In this document: positions 1 through 14,029 of the stretch, piece by piece | How the letters are laid out: each line of letters starts with the position of its first letter | How positions within the stretch are numbered: the first letter of the stretch is position 1 | Assembly: GCA_951406725.2 (NCBI GenBank) | Contig: OX597833.1 | Coordinates: 50,468,001 to 50,532,000, forward strand | Source: Octopus vulgaris | Taxonomy: Eukaryota | Length of the DNA: 64,000 nucleotides | Reading direction: 5' to 3' | Made by a program: the position numbers and the translations under genes | The notes under the pieces: model-generated | The model's input: the letters and a program-made list of their open reading frames with translations, nothing else | Databases searched by the model: none | Told to the model about the DNA's origin: nothing

Positions 1-370
1 AATTTTATTTAATTCATTTTGCAGGAAGGATTGCTTCGGCCGGATCGTGTTCTGCCGTTACCTTCGAAACACGCATTGAGTCGAACCAGGGGCAACTGAT
101 GAAGGGGAATATTCCTTGTATTGTTTATCTTGTACTCTGTTTTTTCGCTGTTAAAAAAAGTCCGTTTCCTTGTTTGTTTTTATGTTTTCGTTTCTCGTTG
201 TATTCTACCTTTATTTTTGGTGTCCTGTACTCATATATATATATATATGCATGTATATATACATATAGATGGAGGTATGTACATATATGTATGTATGTAT
301 GTTTTATTTGTTAAAATGATATTATATGATTGAACGCCTCGCGTCTCTCTCTTATTTCTCCAAGTAAGTT
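1..370. mobile_element. Diverged copy of the PLE-pLTR-like repeat family also at 26030-26510 and 31970-33263
   Basis: Shares GCAGGAAGGA...CCTTCGAAAC...ACTGAnGAAGGGG...TTTTGGTGTCCTGTAC...AGGTAnGTACATATATG blocks with the other copies. Confidence 0.6.
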
Positions 371-423
371 TTTTTTTATTATATATATATATACATGTGT
401 GTGTGTGTGTGTGTGTGTGTGGT

Positions 424-640
424 GGAGGCGCGTGGCTTAGTGGTTAGGGTGTCAGCATCATGATCGTAAGATTGGGGTTTCGATTCCTGGACTGGGCGAC
501 GCGTTGTGTTCTTGAGCAAAACACTTCATTTCACGTTGCTCAACGCTGCGATGGACTAGCGTCCCGTTCAGCTGGGGAACACATACGCCATAGAAACCGG
601 GTCCATGAGCCTGGCTAGACTTTAAAAAGTGCGCATTTTA
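424..640 (+). mobile_element. tRNA-derived SINE (family C head/body, GAAACCGG-type tail)
   Basis: A box TGGCTTAGTGG and B box GTTTCGATTCC, then TGTGTTCTTGAGCAAAACACTT; reverse-complement copy at 47205-47450. Confidence 0.85.
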
Positions 641-641
641 T

Positions 642-672
<31 letters not shown>

Positions 673-1065
673 GTATTTTTGTGTGATTATGTGTGTAATG
701 TGTGCGCGTGAGTGAGTGAGTGAAGGAGTGAGTGTATGTGTGTATGTGTGTATGTGTGTGTAGGTGTGTGTGAGTATAAACACATACACACAGGTGCACG
801 TTTGTATGTCTGTGTATTTAGGTATGAGTGTGTTAGTGTGTGTATGTGTGCGCATGTGTACGTGCATTCATTCATAGGCCCATATAGTCATGCATATATA
901 TGGTTTTAGTTTTCGCTCAGGATCGATCCTCAGATCCCAACCTACGAAAGGTAAGCCACTCGCAGACATCATCGAAATCACTTGACGTCCACTCTTTCAT
1001 CTCTTCAACCATCCTCTTTCTCTTTCTCGCCCTCTTGCTCTCATATATACACAGATGCTTTGCAA

Positions 1066-1102
<37 letters not shown>

Positions 1103-1248
1103 TTCTTACATACACACAAATTCACATATACATGCACAAGTATACATCCGTGTATATGTGCCTGTGTGAGCTTCTGGGCGTGCGTATGTGTGTGCATAAT
1201 ATACGTTTCTGTATACACTTTTGCGAATAAATCGCACATACACACATA

Positions 1249-1279
<31 letters not shown>

Positions 1280-1286
<7 letters not shown>

Positions 1287-1581
1287 ATACATACAATTGT
1301 CTCATATATACATATACGTATATATTTATAAATATATACGCACACACACAGATATTTATATATTTGTCTTATGTATATATACGTAATGATATATAAAGAT
1401 AATGTTAGTAAATCGCGCACACATATACACATACACACACACGCAAACACACAATATACATATAATTGTCTCATATATCCATATATGTAAATATATTGAT
1501 ATATATATATATATACACACATATATTTATATATTTGTCTTATGTATATATACGTAATGATATACAGAGATAATGTTAGTA
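1280..1581. repeat. ~170-bp tandem duplication of low-complexity sequence
   Basis: ACAATATACATA.AATTGTCTCATATAT...ATTTGTCTTATGTATATATACGTAATGATAT...GATAATGTTAGTA occurs twice. Confidence 0.8.
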
Positions 1582-1844
1582 GGAGTACACGGAGAAGGCT
1601 TTAGATGCTCCGCTATATAACTCACTTCTGGCCTTATCAACTGAGGTAATCACCCATCAATCTGACTTCCTACGTGCTTCCGTATAAACAAGTTCTCTAA
1701 TCTCTAATCTGCCTCCTTGCTCCTTCATTAATCTCTCGTTTAGATGATACATCTTGAAGAAAGCATGCTGGCATTTGTGAAAGAAGAACCGTACAACCAT
1801 TCCGCGCTTTCCGTCATCTCTCTCTCTCACTTTATTTCATATCC

Positions 1845-1993
1845 ACACACACACAAACACACACACACACACATACATACACACACATGCATACACACAC
1901 ACATATATAGAATCTAATATATATCATATATATATGTATATGTATACATATATATACATATATACATACATGTATATATAGATAGATATATAA

Positions 1994-2024
<31 letters not shown>

Positions 2025-2273
2025 CGCATGTATATGTATACGCATATATATATATACACGTATATATATATGTATATGCACACACATGTTTATACCCACA
2101 CATATATATATACACGCACATGTTTATACACACACACACACACACATATATATATAATATCTAATATATATCATATATATGTATATGTATACACACACAT
2201 ATATAAATATATATATATATATAGATATATACATGTATATATAGATAGATAGATATATAAGTGTATATATATA

Positions 2274-2331
<58 letters not shown>

Positions 2332-2334
2332 TAC

Positions 2335-2375
<41 letters not shown>

Positions 2376-2500
2376 CATGTTTATACACACACATATATAT
2401 ACTCACACACGTTTATACGCACACACACACACATATATACACACACTCACATATGTTTATACACACACATGTTTGTTTGTGTGTGTGTGTGTGTGTGTGT
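1845..2500. repeat. Compound (CA)n/(TA)n microsatellite with an internal duplication
   Basis: Direct reading; TCTAATATATATCATATATAT...ATATAAGTGT block repeated. Confidence 0.9.
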
Positions 2501-2839
2501 CTGCATTGGTATGCGTGACTGACTAGGAAAAAATACGCAGAGACGTCTGCTGTACGAAAATTCAATAGCTAAGTTGATGTTGGCATGCATGATGTATTGT
2601 GGAATTTGTTAAAAGAAAAGTCTACTTTCCATATTTATTTCTCTCTCTATCTCTCGGTCTTTTAATGTCAGTATATATGTGTGTCTGTGTGTGCGCGTGT
2701 GACAAAGGGATATAATGCTCAGGTGTGTTTGTTGGTCGAAACCATAATAGGGAGTTTGGTGTTGAAATATTTGATTAAATAACTCAAGATTTTCTTTTAC
2801 ATATTCTTCTATTCTTTAATTCTTAATTCTTCTATTCTT

Positions 2840-3035
2840 TAATTCTTTTATTTGTCTCAGTCATTTGACTGCGGCCATGCTGGAGCATCGCTTTTGCTCG
2901 AAGAAATCGACCCCCAGGACTTATTCTTTGTAAGCCTGGTACCTATTCTAACGTCTCTTTTGTCGAACCGCAAAGTTACGGGGTCGTTAACACACCAGCA
3001 TCGGTTGTCATGCGATGGTGGGGGGACAAACACAC
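2840..3035 (-). mobile_element. SINE family A 3' half
   Basis: Reverse complement of the family A tail ...CTCCAGCATGGCCGCAGTCAAATGACTGA. Confidence 0.85.
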
Positions 3036-4136
3036 GAACATATATATATATGTTCAAAAATAAATAAGGGTAGAAATTGATATTAATCAATTGAAACCAG
3101 TGTCCTAGCATATTTATAAAAATCCGAAGATTAAACATTTTTTTTACATACATAATTTAGAGGATTGACCACTAAAAATGGACTGCCTGTATGCTAGATA
3201 CAGACGTCAAAATTGCCATTTTCCACGGAGAATGTGTTGTCAAAAAAGAAAAAAAAATCAGCAAAAAACCAAAAGACACTTGCCCAAGGTGTCACGTAAC
3301 CATATGGCTGGTAAGCAAGCTACTTACCAGACAGCCACTCCTGCGCTTATAAAAAGTAACGATTTTTTTTCTACTTCAGGTCCCCTTACGCCCACTTTCA
3401 CTAATAAATTTACATGCAGCAGCCATCTTAGGTATGTTTTACTTAAGCTTTTAATTCATAACACCACTAGGTTATGTTTCACAAGGAAAAAAAATCATAT
3501 ATCACTATATTTTTTTCTAAGGTTAAGCACTCGAGTTAAGATAATGCTTCACATATAAGGGCCAATAAGCGTGAAACATGTCTTAATGGTTATCGGGCAG
3601 TCGTAATTAGAATGTCTTTAATTATGGCTCTGCCGGATCAGTGCTGACCTGGAGATAAGCATCAGCAAAAATTACAACAAAATCAGTAATCAACGTTGGC
3701 ATACATTTGATAAGAGTCTACTTGTTGATAGGCGGGGTTGACCTGAGCTTATAAATGAGGCATCTAATTTAGGCAGGCATAAAGCCAAGAGTTTTGAGGA
3801 AAGGAGGTCAGTTGATTACAGAATCGTTTGAGCGTCGGGGAAAATGTTGTGAAAACTTGGAGTTCAAATCTTGCTGATGTCATCGTTGTAGTTCATCTCC
3901 CAGGGTTGAAATAAAAGTACTTGTTAACTCCTAGAGTTGATGTAATCGACAAACTTCTTTTCCTTACGTCTGTTGGCTTTGTGCCTAAATTAGAAACAGT
4001 AATTACAAGTTGAGTCCAACCTTATTCTGCAGGCCAGCACTGGTTCAGCAGAGTTATGATTAAAGATATTCAAATCATAGCTGTCCTGTCATCAGCTTCT
4101 CAACCACATGATTCCGGATTCAGTCTCACTGCATGG

Positions 4137-4229
<93 letters not shown>

Positions 4230-4424
4230 TAGATGAGTGTATTTTTCCCTTGTTAATAATTAACACGGAAAATATAGATAAATAGTTACCAGAGTAGTAA
4301 AAAATCACACACGTATAGAGGTTGTAACTCCTTGCTTTTAAAGGTAGAAACTTCGGGTTTACGTGAAGTTTTTTTGTATACTATATAAATAAATAAATGG
4401 AATTTATATGTATATGTATATGTA

Positions 4425-4615
4425 GTGAGAGAATTCACAAACAACAAAAGACGAAGATAGGTGGTGTAGACAACAAACAAATGTATTAGTATAACGCTCG
4501 GGAAGTGAAAAGTCTTTAACGTTTTGAGCCTATGTTCTTCCACGGAAAGGAACACAGAAAGAAACAAAGAGAGAAAATAAAGAATGTGTAGTGGCTAGCT
4601 ATCTATCACGGCGAA
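4425..4615 (-). mobile_element. HHR-bearing pLTR-like module, decayed copy
   Basis: Homologous to 15810-16010 and 24665-24840; flanked by TA-rich repeats. Confidence 0.7.
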
Positions 4616-4669
4616 TATATATGTATAGATGTATGTATTTATGCGTGTGTGTGTTTATGTGTGTGTGTT

Positions 4670-4885
4670 TTGTGCTTGTGTTTGTCCCCCACCATCGCTT
4701 GACAACCGATGCTGGTGTATTTATGTGCCCGTAACTTAGCAGTTCGGCAAAGGGAACGATAGACTAAGTACTAGGCTTATAAATGATAAGTCCGAATGTC
4801 AATTTGTTCGACTAGAAAATCCTTTAAGGCGGTGCTCCAGCATGGTCGTAGTCAAATGATTGAAACAAGTAAAAGAATAAAAGTA
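4670..4885 (+). mobile_element. SINE family A 3' half
   Basis: CATCGCTTGACAACCGATGCTGGTG...AAGGCGGTGCTCCAGCATGG...GAAACAAGTAAAAGAA. Confidence 0.85.
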
Positions 4886-5769
4886 TATATTTTCATTGTT
4901 CTTTGGCCGAATTCACATTTGCTCAAACAGTCTATGGTTAATTACGAGGTTTCCCGCCTAAGCGACATCAACTTCTTTCTTCTCCTCTTCTTCATACTTT
5001 GATGAAGTTCAAGAGTCCGAAACGTTGTTAGAGTCTTCATTTCTCGCAACAGCTACTCTCTTCTCGGAACTCTAATTTTGAATAATTGTTGCTAGTTGAA
5101 GAGAAGCCAGTTTTTCAGAATCTAGATTTTACCACATGATCAGATATATTCGATACGTGGACTTTACAGAATTTTTTTGTTTTTTATTTGAGGCGTAATA
5201 TATCTAGGACTACGTAATCCAATGTAGCACTCGGCCAACATTTTGCTTTAGAAATATTTGACAGCTACATTTATTAGATCGAGCGACAGTATGCAGTTTC
5301 CAACCCTTCCCCACCCCTCGGTAACCTGATGTATTCCTGGCTAGCTTTCGAGATTGTTTGGCAACAGACATATGTGACAGAAACCTGGTTTTACCAAGCT
5401 GAAAATTGGAGGAAGGAAGAAAGAAAAAGAAACAAAAACCAAAAAAAAAAAAAAACAAAAAAAGAAATGTAATAAAAAATACATCAAATAGAATCAACAA
5501 GAACAAAAAAAATATACCAACACCAACACCAAGAAGAACAACATCAAAAAAGAGGGGGAAAAAAATCTAGTACAGAAGCTGAAATGGATTGTAAGACCAA
5601 TTGGAATATGTGACAAAGTAGCTTTGTGCCCAAGAGTTGAGAAATGATTACAAGAAGTAAATGTGGATACCGTACAAGGTTATAATAAAACTGATGGAGA
5701 TCGATAGTGTTATTTTAGTTGTTTTGGTGGTGTCGATATCCCCTCGGGAATTCGTACAGGCGTGTTTTG

Positions 5770-5854
5770 GTGTGTGTGTATGCATGCGTGCGTGTGTGCA
5801 CGTGTGTGCATGTGTGTGCATGTGTGTGCGCACGTCTGTGTGTGTGTGTGTGTA

Positions 5855-5904
<50 letters not shown>

Positions 5905-6378
5905 TGTAATAGTAGTAATGTGTGTGTGTACAGTAGCAGTAATAGTAGTAGTGTGTGTTATTCTGTATGTGCATGTAGTAGTAGTAGTATGTGTATGTGT
6001 GTATGTGATAATAGTAGTATGTGTCTGTGTGTGTAGTGGCAGTAGTAGTAGTAGTGTGTATGTGTAATAGTAGTAATAGTAGTAGTATGTGCCTGTGTGT
6101 GTGTAAGTAGTAGTAGTAGTAGTAGTGTGTGTCAGTGTGTATAGTAGTAGCGATAGTAGTAGTAGTAATATGTGTGTAGTGGCAGTAGTAGTAGTGTGTA
6201 TGTGTAATAGTAGTAGTATGTGCCTGTGTGTGTGTAAGTAGTAGTAGTAGTAGTGTGTGTCAGTGTGTATAGTAGTAGCGATAGTAGTAGTAGTAATATG
6301 TGTGTAGTAGTAGTAGTAGTAGTGTCTGTGTGTGTAGTAGCAGTAATGTGTCTGTCTGTGTGTGTTTGTGGGTGTAGC

Positions 6379-6409
<31 letters not shown>

Positions 6410-6484
6410 AGTAGCAGTAATGTGTCTGTGTGCTTATAGTAGTAGTAGTAATAGTAGTAGTAATGTGTGTCAGTGTGTGTGTGT

Positions 6485-6529
<45 letters not shown>

Positions 6530-6540
6530 ATAGTAATGTC
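5770..6540. repeat. Compound (TG)n/(TAG)n array with a higher-order repeat of roughly 115 bp
   Basis: GTGGCAGTAGTAG...TGTGCCTGTGTG...GTCAGTGTGTATAGTAGTAGCGATAG block repeated. Confidence 0.9.
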
Positions 6541-6649
6541 CGTCCGTCCGTCCGTGTGTCTGTGTGACCAACTGTTTTATCAACACTACGACATTGATTT
6601 TATTACAAACTTCCACTTAGTACAGATTTCTATATTATTTTTTTAATGA

Positions 6650-6694
6650 CTCTCTCTCTCTCTCTTTCTCCCTCCTCTCTCTCTCTCCTTCTCC

Positions 6695-6729
<35 letters not shown>

Positions 6730-6999
6730 GCTCCTTCAGTCTATCTTTCCTCTCTAGATCTCGCTTCCTTTATCTAGCTCTCATTTCCTACTTCTCGGTC
6801 TGTCTTCCTCTTTCGCCTCTTCATCTTTCTTTTCTCTCTCTCTTTCTCTTTCAGTCTGTCTGTCTCTCTTTCCCCCCTCTCTCTCTTTCTCTTTTTCCTT
6901 CTCTCTTTTGTTCTACTATAAGTAACTGCATCATAGATTTTCTTTCTTACGATTAGTTTTTTTTTTTTAAATACATTTTATTATCATTATACCAGAAAG

Positions 7000-7033
<34 letters not shown>

Positions 7034-7289
7034 GTTATTATTATTATTATTAGCATATTTTTGTCATCATCGTCAACGTCGTCGACGTTGTCGTCATCAT
7101 CATTTCCACTACCACCACCACCACTACCACCACCACCACTACCACCACCACCACCACCACCACCACCACCGCCACCGCCGCCACCACCATCACCACCACC
7201 ATTACCGATACCATCATCATCATCATTAATGTTGTTGTTACATCATCATCATCATCATCAGTATTCTCCTTCTTCTTCTTCTTCTTCTT

Positions 7290-7363
<74 letters not shown>

Positions 7364-7478
7364 GATTTTCTTTCTTTTTTTACCTTCTTCATTTCTCCGA
7401 CTGAAATTAGTTTTTAGCCATTTTTGCCCTGCTGAGAAAAGTGTTAACAGCTTTTCTGATTCTTTTACAACATCTCAC

Positions 7479-7564
<86 letters not shown>

Positions 7565-7700
7565 TCTTTTTCTCTCTCTGTCTGTCACTCACTCTCTCTC
7601 ACTAACACTTTTTCTTTTTCTCATGTCCTCTCTTCATTCTCGCCTGCTCTATTTCTCTCCTCTCTCTCTCTCTCTCACTCTATCTCTCTCTCTATATATA
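6650..7700. repeat. Stacked microsatellites (CT)n, (TTA)n, (CAC)n, (CAT)n, (TCT)n
   Basis: Direct reading; explains the poly-Pro/His/Ser/Tyr ORFs. Confidence 0.95.
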
Positions 7701-7776
7701 TATATATGTATATGCATATATACATATATATATGCATATATATATATTATACATACATATATACATACATATAAAT

Positions 7777-7818
<42 letters not shown>

Positions 7819-8390
7819 GTGTATGTATGTATGTTTGTACTCGGAAATAGATTCACACACACACGCACACAAACATACACACACACACACCTATATATAT
7901 AACCATTATCTAAAGAAAACAGTGTTCTCTGCATGCATACACACATACATGTTCGCAGCAGTGGGTTCATTTGTACACGTGTGCTCTGTTTGTTTATATG
8001 TGTAGGTGTGTTTGTATGAGTATGCTTGTGTGAGCATGTGCGTGCCTATGTGTGCGTGTGTGTGTGGAGATGTGTGTCTTTATATGTGTATGCCAATGTG
8101 TATGTTTAAACGTGTGTGAACGGGTTCGTTTGCAGGTATGAACCAATGAATACGAGGTAAATGCACTTAAAACGACAATGCACTTTCGTGTAGAAGACAC
8201 ACAGTAACACATACACACACTGACGCACACACACACACACTGACGCACACACTGACACACACTGACACATACTCGCTGACACACAAACACACACATACAC
8301 ACGTTCTTTCTGTCTAAGTGCACGTACCTACATAAACGTACTTATATGTCAAAACACGAATGTATAGATATACACGCGTACAAGCGCGCG

Positions 8391-8430
<40 letters not shown>

Positions 8431-8792
8431 AGGGAGGGAGGGAGGAAGAGAAAGAGAGAGAGAGAGAGAGAAGAAAAGAGAGAAACAGAGAGGAAGAGAG
8501 AGGGCTTCACTAATACAATTACTACACATCTACTAAACAGAAAAAAAGTGTCATATACGTAATAATATATATATGAAAGTTGTGTGTGCGTGTGTGAGTG
8601 TATGCATGTGCATGTATGCACACACACACACACACACATATCTATGCATATATTCATATATATATATATATATATATATATGCGTGTGTGTGTGTATACA
8701 TGTACACACACAAAACTTCGGCACACTTATTTATACAATTCAGAAGGACGCGAAATGCTATCTTTCAGTCTATATATCTAAGGATCATTTTA

Positions 8793-9290
<498 letters not shown>

Positions 9291-9434
9291 CACGCACACA
9301 AACACATGTATATACATGTGTGTATATGTATGTATGTGTATGTGTGTGTGTATAGTCAGACATATATATATATATATATATTGCGCAACACTCGTATATA
9401 TATACTTATATATGTACACACACACATACATACC

Positions 9435-9520
<86 letters not shown>

Positions 9521-9551
9521 CATGTTCATGTACATGCGTGTGTGAGTATGT

Positions 9552-9588
<37 letters not shown>

Positions 9589-10522
9589 GGAGAGAGTGAA
9601 AGAGAATCGAGAGAACATCTAAATGGAAGTTTTAAAAAACAAGGACGTATAATGACGGAACAGTTATTGTTTTGCTCCAAGGCGCTTCACACTTAGACAC
9701 ACACACACACACAGAATCTGCTTCACTTTTAATGTAAAAAACTGTGTCGAGTATGTTCGTGTGAAGAACAGTGGTGAGGGATGGTGGGAGTTGGATAAAA
9801 TAATACCAAAAAAAAAAAACAAAAAACATAAATAAATCTATAAATAATAAGATAGACAGTTTTTTTTTTCTTTTTTTTTTTTTGAGATAAAGATAGTAAT
9901 TTGGTTGAGCATATTATCTAACATCTGCTGAGCTTGAAACCACGATGATCTTGTTTCCCAAGCCAAATTGTATCACATTTCTCACTGTCGCTCTTTATGT
10001 CTCTAACCTCGCTCTCTCCTGCTCTCTCATTTGATATCGTTCTCCATCTCTTTTCCTTTCACACACACACACACAACATACACACACACATACACGCACA
10101 TAGACGAATTCTGAGATACATGTACATGCTGTAGGATTTATAATTTAATCACTTTTCTCAAAACTCCTTCCGCTCATATGTTTTTTTCCTTACCTTCAGA
10201 CACGTACTTTGCCTCACATATGTTTCTATATGTGGCACTCTCTCCTTTTTTCCTCTCTCCTTTACTGTCTTTCAACCCTTCTTTCTCTCTTTCTCTGCCT
10301 GAATATACGTGTGTGTGTGTGTGTGTGGCTAGATGAAGAAACAGATAGTTATGCATGTACGTATGTATGAATTATTTTATATCTATATCTATATCTATCT
10401 ATCTATCTATCTATCTGTCTGTCTATCTATCTATATACATATATATATTTATATAGATCGATAGATATGTACACACACATATATATATATATATATATCT
10501 TTGGGTCGATAGAGAAACAAAC

Positions 10523-10579
<57 letters not shown>

Positions 10580-10817
10580 CTAGATAGACAAATGGACAGG
10601 TAATATATATATATATGAATAAATATAAGGATGGTATTATTAAAATACCAACAGAAGTGGCAAGCGAATTATCAGCCGTACAGGTAAATATAATATATAC
10701 ATACAATATTAGATATGTACATATATACACAAGGGTACTACATGAGTACCTATATCGCTAATGATAGAAGTCAAAAAATACTTCGGTACTACCGAATAAT
10801 CACACACATATATATAT

Positions 10818-10874
<57 letters not shown>

Positions 10875-11472
10875 CATACACATATATAAAACTGCTGTTG
10901 ATTCCCTTGCTATATGATGTTACAAGCCATATGCAGTTCTTCATACGTTTATGATAAAAGTATTGTCATAGCTTATATAGTTTTTATCGCAATCTATGAT
11001 ATAAACTGTACGTTCATCACAATTTGTGAAGACTAAAGCTGTCATTTGGATGAGTCCACAGATTCAACGTACCTATCTGATTGCAAGCAGGACAAGGGAG
11101 TACGACGTGTCAGCTACTGATAATAGTGCATACAATACAGTATTCAGAGAGGTGACAATTCTTCTTGCTCTTTATGGGGCGGTAAGAAACGGTGTATCCC
11201 AGCAATACTATTTTTGGATTTGTTACTGAATAATTTCATGAAAGCAGTTATGGTGTGTTGTCATAGCCTCTGCGTGACTGTAAATTTTTTCATTTCTTGA
11301 GAACTAACTGCTTAGCGCATCTAAAGGTTGAATTGTTATTAGATGATACTGTTGCAGAAAAATACCTTTCTCCAATCTTCATTGTATTAGTGGAGACCAT
11401 TACCTCCGTACAAACAAAATGACATTAATATATATATATATATACTATCACCTGGGTCAAGCTTTTTTTAAG

Positions 11473-11730
11473 CGTAGGAGTGGCTGTGTGGTAAGTGCCT
11501 TGCTTACGAACCACATGGTTCCGGGTTCAGTCCCACTGCGAGTCACCTTGGGCAAGTGTCTTCTACTATAGCCTCGTGCCGATCAAAGCCTTGTGAGTGG
11601 ATTTGGTAGACCATCAAGACCACGAATCCCCTCACAAGTCTTTGGTCGGCCTAAGGCTATAGTAGAAGGCACTTACCCAAGGTGCCACGCAGTGGGACTG
11701 AACTCGGAACCACACAGCCACTCCTGTGCC
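11473..11730. mobile_element. Two SINE family A 5' halves in inverted orientation
   Basis: GGAGTGGCTGTGTGG...GCCTTGTGAGTGGATTTG on + (11473-11611), followed by its reverse complement ending CACACAGCCACTCCTG (~11623-11730). Confidence 0.9.
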
Positions 11731-12699
11731 TATATATGTTTCTTTAAATACATATATTTATATATGTAATCTTTCTCTCCCCTACTATACACACCTACAA
11801 ACATACACAGTCGCTCGCGCACATACATACGCACACACACGCATACACACTTACACATGTATTGGAATACAAAACATCGTCCCTTTGGTCTCCCACTGAA
11901 ACATCTGCAGATAGGGGTGGGTACCCTCCATGAGGTCACATTATCAGCTAGAGACACCAGTCAACTTTTTTCTCAGAGGACGCCTCCACATTCTTAAAAA
12001 ACACAGGAAGAATTCATTAGGTAATGCAGCTTATATACTGAGAAACAGATGGAACGGTTGCTGCCGGAATGCTTTTCATCTTAAATTGTCCTCTATCAGA
12101 GTTGAACTGGAACTAAATACAACAATAACAGATGTCAGTTACTATGTGCACATTGTAAAAGTTTTTTGAACCCCTGCGAAAATCCCTGCTTTTAAAGCCG
12201 GCATTTCTTTTTCAAATCCGCTGCACTCCGTATGGTGTCGTTTATAATTAATATTCGGTCGTCATTATAATTACCATTAACAGTTAATTTACTGACACTC
12301 CGTACGTGTTAGATGTTTAATTCAATAAAATTCCTTGTTTCTTAATGATAAGATTTAACTAATGGTACAATCTTTTATTATTTGAAGTAAGATGATCATT
12401 TCCTGTATGTTTAGATCTGGTTTCAATTTAGTTTCAAACAGCTCCGTATTTCCTTTTTTTTCTTCTTTTTAATTTCCATGTAAAGCTAATCCTACTCCGT
12501 TATGACCCTAACCAACTTTCCTCTCTCTTTGTTGTTAATTTCCTCCTAATTATAAGGTTCTTTTGAATAGAAAAAAAAAGTAAACATGTAAATATAAAGA
12601 AAAATAAAACGAAGTAAAAGCTTTAAATGTTTCTTGAGGGAGAGGGAATACATTTTTATGACGATTAGTCAATTTTAAAGTGCATTAGTCTCGTGAAGT

Positions 12700-13210
12700 T
12701 AAAATGACTTCAGCCAGGCGGCGAGTGCGGTTGGCCAGGTGTTTCTTTCTGGCTGAGCGATTCTCGCCATAAAACCAATTTTAGAAAAAAATATTTGAAT
12801 GCAAAAGAAGTTTTTTGGGAGACCTTTTCACTTTGACCGACAGATTTAAAAAACAATTTTTTGTAACTAAACACTTTTAAACTTCGTATACCGGTAGAAT
12901 GTGTCATATAAATCATCTTTTTCTCTTGGCGTTCTTGAGAAAATCCTGTAGTTTGCAAGCTATTTGTTGTTAAATTCCTCGAATTTCGGCAATTTCAACC
13001 AATCAGTGACATCTAATGAGGTGAATACAATTACTGCTGTTGTTTGAATCGGCATTTATACATTATTAATATATATTAATTATCAATTTATCGGCCTCCA
13101 AATGATGAAAAAATAAAATGACTACAAATTTAAATGAACGCAACAATGTCACATTTCTGGATCTCTATCACTTCTGTCGAACCCCGACAGACTTCCATTA
13201 TTATATACGT
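12700..13210. mobile_element. Unclassified interspersed repeat, related fragment at 63775-63885
   Basis: TTTTTGTAACTAAA.ACTTT.AAACTTCG...GGTAGAATGTGTCATATAAA shared between the two loci. Confidence 0.6.
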
Positions 13211-13616
13211 ATGCATATAAATCACGTATGTATGTGTGTGTGTATGTATGTAAATCATTATGCCAGGTCTATTTCTGTATAACTCACATATGCATGTATG
13301 TAAAATCATTATGTTGGATCTATTATGTTTACATTTTATTGAGTTCTTAAAATTTAACAGTGTTGCAACAGCAATGTGATCAAATAAAGCACCGTAAAAT
13401 TATTCTCACACTAACACTGACACGTTATATTGATTTCAAATTTTAGCACAAAATTTCGTAGAAGAATAAGTCGAATACATTAATATCAATGTTCAACTGG
13501 TGCCTATTTTACCAATCCTAAAAGGGGACAGGCAAGCGAACCATAGCAGAATTTGATTACAGACCTATTAAATTAATAACGCCTCTTAAGACGGTGAGCT
13601 GGCAAAATCGTTAACA

Positions 13617-14020
13617 CGGCGCAGGAGTGGCAGTGTAGTAAGTAGCTTGCTTACCAACCACATGCTTCCGGGTTCAGTCCCACTGCATGACACCTTGGGC
13701 TAGTGTTTTCTGCTATGGCCTCGGGCCGACCAAAGCATTGTGAGTGGATTTGGTAGACGGAAACTGAAAGAAGCCCGTCGTATATATATGTGTGTGTATA
13801 TATTTGTTTGTGTGTATTTGTCTCCCCCAGCATCGCTTGACAACCGATGCTGGTGTGTTTAAGTCCCCGTCACTTAGCGGTTCGGAAAAAAAGACCGATA
13901 GAATAAGTACTAGGCTTACAAAGAATAAGTCCTGGGGTCAATTTGCTCGACTAAAGGCGGTGATCCAGCATGGCCGCAGTCAAATGACTGAAACAAGTAA
14001 AAAGAGAGTAAAAAGAGAAT
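13617..14020 (+). mobile_element. Full-length SINE family A (tRNA-like head, CORE-like CCTTGGGCAAGT body, internal microsatellite, LINE-like tail)
   Basis: Complete head-to-tail match with 49169-49585 and 54030-54607. Confidence 0.9.
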
Positions 14021-14029
14021 ATATATATA

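Noticed and set aside
61-108. Type-II hammerhead (CCTTC-GAAAC...GTC...CTGATGA-AGGGG)
   Set aside because: Stem I cannot form and stem III is only 2 bp in any copy; kept only as a remark under the 31970 element.
424-495. tRNA genes at SINE heads (also near 33550, 40240, 48780, 58730)
   Set aside because: No proper acceptor stem, and each continues into a SINE body.
4308-4366. Hammerhead-like CACGTA...GAAACTTCGGGTT-TACGTG
   Set aside because: Stem I is good but the core reads TAGAGGT (three deviations) and stem II is unclear.
4998-5030. TTGATGAAG...CCGAAACGTT motif
   Set aside because: Stem II is mismatched and no stem I forms.
7032-7417. Poly-Pro (formin-like) and poly-His ORFs
   Set aside because: Entirely (CAC)n, (CAT)n, (TCT)n and (TTA)n repeats with no flanking domain.
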